Shown: positions 1 to 7,786 of the stretch, piece after piece
Numbering within the stretch: the first letter of the stretch is position 1
Layout of the letters: each line of letters starts with the position of its first letter
Origin: Desulfobacteria bacterium
Lineage (GTDB): Bacteria; Desulfobacterota; Desulfobacteria; Desulfobacterales; C00003060
Assembly (NCBI GenBank): GCA_030145035.1
Contig: JAQYWL010000106.1
Span: forward strand, 1 to 40,026
Direction: 5' to 3'
DNA length: 40,026 bases
Notes under the pieces: model-generated
The model's input: only the letters and a program-made list of their open reading frames with translations
The model's database searches: none
Told to the model about the DNA's origin: nothing
Program-made: the position numbers and the translations under genes

Positions 1-1
1 A

Positions 2-160
2 GAGGCAAGGAGCCTGCTGTTTTACTGGGCAGTTCGTGAGTTAGGGTTGAGCGGGACTTCGCTGGCGAAACGATTTGAAATGAGCCAACCGGGGGTCGTC
101 TACGCAGTGAACAAAGGGGAAAAGATAGTCAAGGAAAAAAACTATCGATTACTCGAATGA
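2..160 (+). CDS. 3' end of a transposase-family ORF (DnaA-C-like helix-turn-helix tail seen in IS200/RAYT-like Y1 transposase homologues); the 5' part lies outside the window
   Basis: Frame 2 is open from the window edge to TGA at 158-160. It reads EARSLLFYWAVRELGLSGTSLAKRFEMSQPGVVYAVNKGEKIVKEKNYRLLE. The pattern ARxLxxYWAxxELGxSxxxLAxxxxxSQPxVxxAVxxGE matches the HTH tail of this family from memory only. Confidence 0.4.
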   Translation, partial: EARSLLFYWAVRELGLSGTSLAKRFEMSQPGVVYAVNKGEKIVKEKNYRLLE

Positions 161-661
161 GCTACTTATTTACAAATGGACGTCCCCAAACTCCCCCAAA
201 CTCCCCATAAATTCTGCCAGGTCAGCATCAAGATCAATGATGCCCGCTTTTTGTTTTTCGCGGTTAGGGGCAGACTGATCGGCCGTAGCGTATAAGCCAC
301 CATGTCTGGTTTTCTTCCGTTTAGACCCACACTTCTTCTGAAACGATGGATCCAAAACGATATGCGTCAAGCCTATATATCGGCATGGCCGTCAGGCCTG
401 CCTCTTCGTAACGTGCAGTGATCATCTTCTGCACTCTTGCTAACCAGAGCGAGTGCACATATCACTATTCATAGTTCTTAGGTGCTTCGCTTCGACCAGA
501 AATTTGACCTGGCCATCCAATAATAGATCATCTTTAGGTGATGATGAGAATTTATTCTACTCGACATTGATTTGGGCGCAATGAAGTCTTTTCTTTCGTT
601 TCGAGTCTTCCCGGCTGGTATTTTTTGTGACTTATCCGAGGGGGCATTCCTTGCCCCTCCG

Positions 662-2122
662 CTACTGATTAATCAGCAGCACGTCAATGCGGCGATTCTT
701 AGTCCGGCCATCCTCTGTCTCGTTGGTGGCGACAGGTTTTGATTCTCCATATCCCTCAGCCGATATGCGGGACGGATCAATATTTCCAACTTCCTTGAGG
801 AACTTCGCAACGTTATCGGCCCGCTCCCTTGAAAGCCGCAAGTTTAATTCTGTTGAGCCGATGGAGTCAGTATGTCCCGAAATCTCTACGCGGGAGTTGG
901 GAAACTGGTGGATTGAGTTTATGATCTTGTTAAGGAGACCAAAGTTTTGGGGAAGGATAATGGTGCCGCCTACAGGAAAAAAGAATCCTGCTACAGAGAT
1001 AAGGACATTGTTGCCCTTCCGAAAGACCTCTGCTTCTTCGGGGTTAAATAAAGACTGTACATATTCAAATCGCTGACTGGCCTCTTTCTCTCGGTGCTCC
1101 TTTTCTGCCTGCTTCCTTGCCTGGGCTGAGAGCCGGCCTTCGTACTGTTTCTGCATATCGTCGAGCTGGGCACGGAGCTCCTGAATACGATTTTGCTGTT
1201 TTTCGATAATCTCAAGGTCGTCCTTCTGAGATTGCACCAGAGAGGATGTTTTTTCCTTAATGGAGCTAACCACCATGCGGTGCGGCTGTCTGAAATTGAG
1301 CGGGCTCCCGAGAGGCTTGTTAACTTCTGTCAATTGTTCGTGATGCCAGAGAATAATATCTTCATAGGAATATTTCCTTCGGTCAAAAATCCTAGCCAAC
1401 TCTGTTATCTGTTCTGCTTCCTGAGCCAACTTGTCTGCAAGTTCAGCGTGCTGGTTTGCTTTTTCCGCTTGGGTGGGATCTTCTTCCAGGGTCGATGTTG
1501 CCAGGTTGAGTTCTTTTTCGGCTCGCCTAAACGTTTTTGGTGCATGATCATCGGCGTTCTGGGCCTTGGCTCGTTCAAAGGATGCTTTCGCCTTGGCCAT
1601 CGTCCCCTCCTTCAGTGTCCTAATTTCGAGGTTGCTGTAAGATTTTAAAAGGGGAGGGCGGCGATCTTTTGCTCGGTTAATCTCGTCGCGCTCAACCAGG
1701 CGGTTGGCTTCGCGAAACATATCCTCCACATTTCTAAACTCTTCTTTGAATATTCCCGGTGCTCCTGCTTTTCGAGCCCGTCCTCGATATTCAAGCACCT
1801 CCCACATGATATCGCGTGCCTGCTCGGCATCCTTCTCTGCATTTGAAAGGACATTAACACCCTCGTTGGCCGCACGCTTGGCTTCCGCCTTTTTACCTTT
1901 ACGAGCTAATTCGAGGGATTCGTCAAACAACTTCTTCGCACGGGCGAATCCGGCTGGTGCCAGGACATTGATTTCGCTTCCTTGTGCTGCGGTCAGCCGT
2001 TTGTCGAGGGTCCCAATGGATTCGTAATCTCTAAAGATGTCGGAGTCGCTCGCAGGCCTCATAGTAGCACAGCCACCAGCGACAACAAGCAAGCAAGCCA
2101 AAGTACTCATTATTTTTTTCAT
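662..2122 (-). CDS. OmpA-family lipoprotein with a long coiled-coil (DUF4398-like) N-terminal region and a C-terminal OmpA/peptidoglycan-binding domain
   Basis: The C-terminus reads ISGHTDSIGSTELNLRLSRERADNVAKFLK...AEGYGESKPVATNETEDGRTKNRRIDVLL. An internal ATG at 2122 is preceded by GGAGGAGAAGCT and gives MKKIMSTLACLLVVAGGC, a signal peptide with a lipobox. The 539-aa ORF start at 2281 is therefore probably too long. Confidence 0.85.
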   Translation of the reverse strand: MKKIMSTLACLLVVAGGCATMRPASDSDIFRDYESIGTLDKRLTAAQGSEINVLAPAGFARAKKLFDESLELARKGKKAEAKRAANEGVNVLSNAEKDAEQARDIMWEVLEYRGRARKAGAPGIFKEEFRNVEDMFREANRLVERDEINRAKDRRPPLLKSYSNLEIRTLKEGTMAKAKASFERAKAQNADDHAPKTFRRAEKELNLATSTLEEDPTQAEKANQHAELADKLAQEAEQITELARIFDRRKYSYEDIILWHHEQLTEVNKPLGSPLNFRQPHRMVVSSIKEKTSSLVQSQKDDLEIIEKQQNRIQELRAQLDDMQKQYEGRLSAQARKQAEKEHREKEASQRFEYVQSLFNPEEAEVFRKGNNVLISVAGFFFPVGGTIILPQNFGLLNKIINSIHQFPNSRVEISGHTDSIGSTELNLRLSRERADNVAKFLKEVGNIDPSRISAEGYGESKPVATNETEDGRTKNRRIDVLLINQ

Positions 2123-2411
2123 AGCTTCTCCTCCTGGAAAAATGGTCTGCAGTTTTGTGTCCTGTGATGCTCGTGTTAATACAGCTCCGCAAAGAGGTCC
2201 CTTTCTTACCAGAAAATCCCGGAACAGAGCACGGTTTTGTCGTATCCATTTTCGGGAAATCCTAGTTGCTCGTCTTGCCATAGATAGTCTCCTTACATTT
2301 ACTATTGTTCCACCTCCTTTCTACTTTTGTTAGGGCCATCTCTTGCTCGAGTCTAAAATCGTCCCCGATCATGCAGCCCACCACATCAACCGGCACCCGT
2401 ATGTGCCAACA

Positions 2412-2586
2412 AATCGGTTTCAACTGAACCCTTCGGTTCTTGGCCCGTCCTTCTTTGGTCTCGGTCGAGGCAATAGGTCTTGAGAGGCCGTACCCAACAG
2501 CAGTAAGCGGTTCTTTTGCAAGACTTTTTTCTTACCAAGAATGGAGGGGCACTTCCATAGGGTGAAGGGTGTATTTTACCAGACAA
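2412..2586 (-). pseudogene. Remnant of a second OmpA-domain gene (C-terminal about 50 codons, frameshifted, no usable start)
   Basis: One minus-strand frame reads LAKEPLTAVGYGLSRPIASTETKEGRAKNRRVQLKPI, the typical end of an OmpA domain. It is preceded by a TAA. The adjacent frame reads ...PPFLVRKKS, where an intact gene would continue. Confidence 0.4.
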
Positions 2587-2850
2587 AAGACTGTATTTTG
2601 GGGTCAGGCCAATTGGTCAGGATAGACTACATCGTAGTTGTGAAGGCCCCCCTGTCTTGCCTTAAAGATCGGATAAGCGTAAGGGTTCGAAATACCAAGC
2701 TTTGTTAGGCAAGGGATAATTCTTTTTGTCGCCTGAAGGCCCAACGAGGAATTCAATTGACTTCAATAAGTCGCTTTGGGCATAGGCAAATTCTTTTTCC
2801 TTCAGTTAGTCTTTATAGATCAAGGACGTAACGAGCCTTGATTGTCGATA

Positions 2851-3807
2851 CTATCCTCTAATAATGAGAAAGATAATATAACCTATATAGAAAATAACGA
2901 ATATCATGCCTTCCCATCTGTCTAAAGAGCGTTTTTTTCCGGTAAACATATAAGCAAACAATAGCAAGCTGGCGAGAATCACCACGCCTATGTCCACATT
3001 GTTTGTCATGCTGAAAGGTAGCGGCTTTACGAGGGAACTGATTCCCAGGACGAAAAAGATATTGAAGATATTTGAACCAACCACATTACCGACAGCGATT
3101 TCAACGTTTCTTTTCTTAGCAGCTACAGCCGAAGTGGCCAGCTCAGGAAGTGATGTGCCTACTGCCACAATCGTCAATCCGGCCAAAGCCTGGCTCATCC
3201 CTAGAGTCGAAGCCAGATACACGGCACCATCGACTATCCACTGCCCGCCGAGTGTCAATCCGAACAAACCAACAATAAGAAGAAGGGATGCTTTTACCAT
3301 GCCGTGCTCCTTAGCAGGTATATGTTCTTCCATGCCTTCTATCCTCTTTGCGATACTAAATGAGTAATACATGAATATTACAAAGAACGAGAGAAAAATG
3401 AGTCCGTCTATCCGGGTTAATGCAGAAAACTCCCTTTTATCTATCAACTGATCATTTGCCAGAAAGCCCAAGACGACAGCGGCCAAAAGGCTCAAGGGAA
3501 TCTCTTTCCACACGGTCCCTTTCCCGACAGTCAAAGGATAAATAATGGACGAGACTCCTAGGATAAGGAAAATATTAGCAACGTTGCTTCCCAGCACATT
3601 TCCAATAGCAATTTCGGTATTCCCCTTGATGCTAGCGATAATACTCACAAATAACTCAGGACTTGATGTGCCGAAGGCAACAACCGTGAGCCCAATGACG
3701 AGGTCCGAAACATTGAATCGCCTGGCGATCGACGAGGCTCCATCAACGAGCCAGCCTGCTCCTTTAATAAGAAGTCCAAAACCTATGATGAGTAAAACAT
3801 ATGGCAA
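2851..3807 (-). CDS. Ca2+/cation antiporter (CaCA family, YrbG-like Na+/Ca2+ exchanger)
   Basis: Two alpha-repeat signatures are present: GTSSPELFVS...GNVLGSNVANIFLILG and GTSLPELATS...GNVVGSNIFNIFFVLG. About 10 hydrophobic segments are visible. The proposed TTG start at 3807 follows GGAGG plus 8 nt and gives MPYVLLIIG and 318 aa. The longest ORF starts at ATG 3924 but adds a non-hydrophobic 39-aa leader. Confidence 0.85.
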   Translation of the reverse strand: MPYVLLIIGFGLLIKGAGWLVDGASSIARRFNVSDLVIGLTVVAFGTSSPELFVSIIASIKGNTEIAIGNVLGSNVANIFLILGVSSIIYPLTVGKGTVWKEIPLSLLAAVVLGFLANDQLIDKREFSALTRIDGLIFLSFFVIFMYYSFSIAKRIEGMEEHIPAKEHGMVKASLLLIVGLFGLTLGGQWIVDGAVYLASTLGMSQALAGLTIVAVGTSLPELATSAVAAKKRNVEIAVGNVVGSNIFNIFFVLGISSLVKPLPFSMTNNVDIGVVILASLLLFAYMFTGKKRSLDRWEGMIFVIFYIGYIIFLIIRG

Positions 3808-3994
3808 CCCGAAAGCCTCCAGGCTAATCGAAATTCCATTGAACCGCAAAAGCGAGCATATTCCCCGCAGCTTGTTGGAGCAAAGTGGAGACCCCGTTTC
3901 AAGCGCGGCTGCGGGGAGCTTCAATCTTGCCCTTCCTTTTGGTGCATGAATGGCTTAAACGATAAGGATTCGCCCAAGCGTCAACAAAGAAAAT

Positions 3995-4999
3995 TCATTC
4001 GTCATATTCGTCCTGAATGCTGCCAACCAGTTCCTCCAGGATGTCTTCAAGGGTGATCAGTCCCGCTACCTCGCCCGTATTGTCCAGTACAACGGCTTGG
4101 TGGAGTCTTCTAGCCTGAAAGCTTCGCAGCTGGATATCGATTGTCTTGTCAGCCGAAATAAAGTAGGGCGGCCTCATGATTTTCTGCAAAGAAGCGCTTT
4201 GTCTGTCTTCCAATAAACGAAACAGATCCTTGCTATGTATGAAGCCCACGATATTCCAGGTATTGCCTTTCCTGACCGGGAAGCGAGAGTAGCCGGTTCT
4301 TAAAACGGCACTGATCGTCTCATCCAGGGAAGCATTCAGATCGAGCACCGCCATCTTCGACTTAGGTACCATCAGTTCAGCTATCTTCCTATCATTGAGG
4401 GTGAAAACCCGCGAAAGCATACGTCTTTCCTCAGCGGTGATAGCCCCTTCATCCCATCCCATCTTAATACACGTTCTAACCTCGTCTTCAGTCAGGAGAG
4501 GCCTCTTTATCTTGGATACGTCCACTCCAACGACTAACAGAAGTTTGCCGGTTATGAAAGTGACAAAAGTTACTACTGGACCGAAAAGAGCCATGATTGC
4601 ATTGAGAACTGGAGCTGTTATCAGGGAAACCTGCTCATTGAAATACTTCGCGTAAACTTTCGGCGTGATTTCCGCGAATATCAGGATAGCCAGGGTTAAT
4701 ATGCCCGTAACGTAGGCGATCCCCTTCTCTCCCCAAAATGAGATAGCCAAGGCTGTGGAAAAAGCAGACATGGCAACGTTAACAAGATTGTTCCCCAGCA
4801 GAATGGTCCCTATAAGCCTTTCGGGTTTTTTCAGCATCTGTTCAACAAGTCTGGCTCTGACCGGTTTAGTTTCCGCCAAGTGCCTTAAGCGAAGCCTACT
4901 CATGGCCATAAGAGCTGTCTCCGAGCCAGAGAAAAAGGCTGAAAAGCCCATAAGTACCACAATTATTATCACCACCAGTATGGGATTCGTCAGTGCCAT
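3995..4999 (-). CDS. CNNM/CorC-type transporter-associated protein (DUF21 membrane domain plus CBS pair, no C-terminal CorC_HlyC domain)
   Basis: The sequence contains FFSGSETALMA...LLGNNLVNV...FAEITPK followed by CBS-like repeats, and ends EDILEELVGSIQDEYDE. ATG at 4999 is preceded by GGAGAG and gives MALTNPILVV. Confidence 0.85.
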   Translation of the reverse strand: MALTNPILVVIIIVVLMGFSAFFSGSETALMAMSRLRLRHLAETKPVRARLVEQMLKKPERLIGTILLGNNLVNVAMSAFSTALAISFWGEKGIAYVTGILTLAILIFAEITPKVYAKYFNEQVSLITAPVLNAIMALFGPVVTFVTFITGKLLLVVGVDVSKIKRPLLTEDEVRTCIKMGWDEGAITAEERRMLSRVFTLNDRKIAELMVPKSKMAVLDLNASLDETISAVLRTGYSRFPVRKGNTWNIVGFIHSKDLFRLLEDRQSASLQKIMRPPYFISADKTIDIQLRSFQARRLHQAVVLDNTGEVAGLITLEDILEELVGSIQDEYDE

Positions 5000-5325
5000 T
5001 GTCTGTCTCTCCTGGAAATGATCCTGCTGAAAACGTGAGTCACACAAGCAGCTTTAAGTTGTCCAATTTGCCATCAAATCATTCTCCTTGAAACCCGATC
5101 CCCACAACAGCTCCTCAACATGCAACTCTTCCCGGTGTTTTATGGATCTTGTCGGATATCTTTATGGCAAAGGCCTGGTGGGAGGCAATCCGATACAGCA
5201 CAAACAAGGAAATTGCCACAATTCGAAATCTTTCTCCCTGACCATGCGGTAAAGGGAAAATACCAGCCGAGTGTCCGCCCCCAGGCGTTTCAAGGCTCCT
5301 GGGAGCGCACCGGATACGGTAGCGT

Positions 5326-5460
5326 CTATTTTCCTTCTTTCTCCAAGATCATTGACTGATCGCAGCAAACGAGTTCTCCCCCACCAACCTTCTTGACCTC
5401 CACCACATTCCCGCAGACTTCGCACCTGTAAACTTCCCCTACTTTCTTGACATTGGACAT
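5326..5460 (-). CDS. Desulforedoxin (small Fe(Cys)4 rubredoxin-type protein), 44 aa
   Basis: This gene is not in the ORF track because it is under 60 aa. The translation is [44 protein letters not shown]. The CxxC...GGGxLxCC layout matches Desulfovibrio gigas desulforedoxin (..[29 protein letters not shown]..). An AAGGAG lies 8 nt upstream of the ATG, and the stop is TAG at 5326-5328. Confidence 0.75.
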   Translation of the reverse strand: MSNVKKVGEVYRCEVCGNVVEVKKVGGGELVCCDQSMILEKEGK

Positions 5461-6307
5461 GACACGATCTCCTTTCATTTAGAAGATGAGTCGCTCCTGT
5501 GCGACTCCCCGGGTAACGACAGATTAAACTCACTCGAACATTGGGCACAGAAACAGTATCTCTTATCCATGTGTGGAACCACGGAAACAAGATGGGTATT
5601 TGCAGACCCCTATAGTAGCCCCTGGGCACCAGTTGGAATTGCCTCGGGTTTGTGCGGCGGATCAACCGGCTAAATCGTAAAATCCAGTATGGTTGGCGTA
5701 TGGCAGTCCTTGCTGCAAACCACGCCCATCGATACTATCAAGTTAAGACGGAAATGTGATAAATGTCCATACGGTCAACACAGTATTTCTTCAGAAGAAA
5801 TACCCCGTTCCGAACGAACATATTGCTGTACGCGCTTCGAGCCGGAAAGAGGATTCGATTCAACTAACTTCAATGATGCTTGAGAATTTGGTTGATCGTT
5901 CTCTATGCCTTATAGAACAAAGGTTATGTGGTCTGGTGCAGCGTCAAGAACCCTTTGTATAGACCTGAAGAAAAAGATTTTAGGGTTCCAAGCGGGTGTT
6001 CCGACGCGAGAGGTACATACAAGACCAATCTTCAACATACAGTCTTTTTTTATAAGAATACAGTGACAACCCCATTGACCCTAAGCAGCTTTTTGGTAGG
6101 AAGATACTTGGTTGGATCCATGCACTTACCATGCAACGAATCTGGTTCTTATGTATGGTGTTTGTTATTTTTGCCATGGCCGTCAATTGGGCCACCCGGT
6201 TTCAATACTTTGTCATGAGTGTGGTCGGCGCGGCGAAAAAACCCAGGATCCGAGAAAGGCAAAAAGCTGGGGCTGGGGCTGAACAGTGTATGGGAGGGCA
6301 AGACTAT

Positions 6308-6535
6308 ATGAGACCATCTAAAGACTCTGGCATGCAGAGAATGATTGTTAGCCTCCTTGTCGCCGTGGTGCTCTTGAGTTTTTTTCAAGCGGGCCCTGAG
6401 ACCATCATGGCAGAACAACAGACCGGGACCGTGCCTTCAGCCGAAGACGGTCAATATGCGGCGCTGTTCGGGTCACGCTTGTGTGGATTTCGTAACTGTT
6501 TCCTGTTTCGTTGGCCTTCGAATGCCATCTGCTAA
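6308..6535 (+). CDS. Hypothetical small secreted Cys-containing protein (75 aa)
   Basis: ATG at 6308 follows GGGAGGG plus 9 nt. The product is MRPSKDSGMQRMIVSLLVAVVLLSFFQAGPETIMAEQQ..., a charged n-region followed by a hydrophobic core. The C-terminal part has 3 Cys. I recognise no family. Confidence 0.35.
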   Translation: MRPSKDSGMQRMIVSLLVAVVLLSFFQAGPETIMAEQQTGTVPSAEDGQYAALFGSRLCGFRNCFLFRWPSNAIC

Positions 6536-6585
6536 TCATATAACCCTACAACGTCACTTGTAAGTTTTGCGGCTACATATAGTGC

Positions 6586-6613
6586 TTGACATAATCAAAA
6601 CATACGATATGTT
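6586..6613 (+). promoter_or_regulatory. Sigma70-like promoter candidate for corA
   Basis: TTGACA at 6586-6591, a 16-nt spacer, then TATGTT at 6608-6613. This sits about 50 nt upstream of the corA ATG, which has GGGAGG as its SD. Confidence 0.3.
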
Positions 6614-6664
6614 GTGTCAAAAACGCTAAATGGCGTTGTAAGGATAAACGGGAGGTAAGTTGCA

Positions 6665-7729
6665 ATGCCTAGATTTATTAAGAGAAGTTCAAGAAAGATT
6701 GGCCTTCCTCCTGGAACACTCGTCCATGTAGGCGAAAGAAAGACTGAAAAAGTAAGAATGACCCTCATGGACTATGATCAGGAACGTTTTGAAGAAAAAG
6801 AGATAAAGGCCATTGAAGAATCCTTTCCTCTTAAGGACGAGCCGACTGTCACGTGGATCAACGTAGACGGTCTTCATCAGGTTGACCTTGTAGAGAAAAT
6901 TGGAAAACAGTTCCAATTACATCCCCTTATTTTGGAAGACATCTTACATACCGGCCAACGGCCAAAAATGGATGATTTTGATGACTATATTTTCGTTGTT
7001 TTAAAAATGCTCGATTATGATGAAAAAGAAGAGCAAGTAAAAGCCGAACAAGTGAGTTTGGTCTTGGGACCGCATTTTCTCATCTCGTTCCAAGAGATCA
7101 AGGGAGATGTATTCAGCACCGTGAGAGAAAGAATTAGAAAGGGCAAAGGGCGCATCAGGAAGATGGGAAGTGACTATCTTGCGTATGCGCTCATAGATGC
7201 CATTGTTGATCGTTATTTCATCATACTTGAGATCTTTGGAGAAAAGATAGAGTCTTTGGAAGATGAGCTCATATCAGATCCGAAGCCTCGCACATTGGAG
7301 AACATTCACGACATAAAACGAGAGATGATATTTCTTCGCAAGCACGTGTGGCCATTAAGAGAGCTCATTGGCGGCATGGCAAGAGGAGAAACATCACTGA
7401 TTGGTGAAACAACCGCCGTGTATCTCAGAGACGTTTATGATCATACCATACAGGTGATCGATACCATAGAGTCATACAGAGACGTGCTGTCCGGCATGCT
7501 CGATCTTTATCTTTCCACGATCAGCAATAAGATGAATGAGGTGATGAAAGTATTGACCATTATTGCCACAATATTCATTCCCTTGACATTCATAGCGGGC
7601 GTCTATGGAATGAATTTTAAATTCATGCCGGAACTTGAGTGGCACTGGGCTTACCCTGTGGCTATGCTTCTGATGCTCGCCATAGCCATTTCAATGTTGT
7701 TTTTTTTTAGGCGGCGAAAGTGGCTTTGA
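6665..7729 (+). CDS. corA: Magnesium/cobalt transporter CorA
   Basis: The protein is 354 aa. It carries the YGMNF (GMN) signature in ...AGVYGMNFKFMPELEW... between two C-terminal TM helices. The N-terminal soluble domain resembles Thermotoga-type CorA. Confidence 0.95.
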   Translation: MPRFIKRSSRKIGLPPGTLVHVGERKTEKVRMTLMDYDQERFEEKEIKAIEESFPLKDEPTVTWINVDGLHQVDLVEKIGKQFQLHPLILEDILHTGQRPKMDDFDDYIFVVLKMLDYDEKEEQVKAEQVSLVLGPHFLISFQEIKGDVFSTVRERIRKGKGRIRKMGSDYLAYALIDAIVDRYFIILEIFGEKIESLEDELISDPKPRTLENIHDIKREMIFLRKHVWPLRELIGGMARGETSLIGETTAVYLRDVYDHTIQVIDTIESYRDVLSGMLDLYLSTISNKMNEVMKVLTIIATIFIPLTFIAGVYGMNFKFMPELEWHWAYPVAMLLMLAIAISMLFFFRRRKWL

Positions 7730-7786
7730 GAGGCGAAGTGAGGCCTTTTTACCCGGATCTGAGACAGCCCTTATGGAACTGGCTCC

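Noticed and set aside
170-560. Possible toxin-antitoxin or nuclease genes next to the transposase tail (66-aa ORF; fragment LLLDGQVKFLVEAKHL resembling a PD-(D/E)xK/HsdR-N motif at about 482-535, minus strand)
   Set aside because: The fragments are short, are interrupted by stops in every frame and lack starts. Motif resemblance over about 15 aa is not sufficient. This is probably more gene debris.
2675-2700. tRNA-like T-loop (GGGTTCGAAAT)
   Set aside because: There is no complementary T-stem 3' half, no acceptor stem and no anticodon arm nearby.
5162-5665. 167-aa minus-strand ORF
   Set aside because: It overlaps the SD-supported desulforedoxin gene in another frame. It has no SD or recognisable motifs, and its composition is Arg/Gly/Pro-rich, typical of an off-frame ORF.
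5701-5716. Sigma54-like TGGCAG-TCC-TTGCT motif
   Set aside because: The GG-to-GC spacing is about 2 nt shorter than the -24/-12 consensus, and no gene follows on that strand.
6540-6664. M-box (Mg2+) riboswitch upstream of corA
   Set aside because: The leader between the putative promoter and the start codon is only about 50 nt, far too short for an M-box. No recognisable conserved M-box helices were seen.
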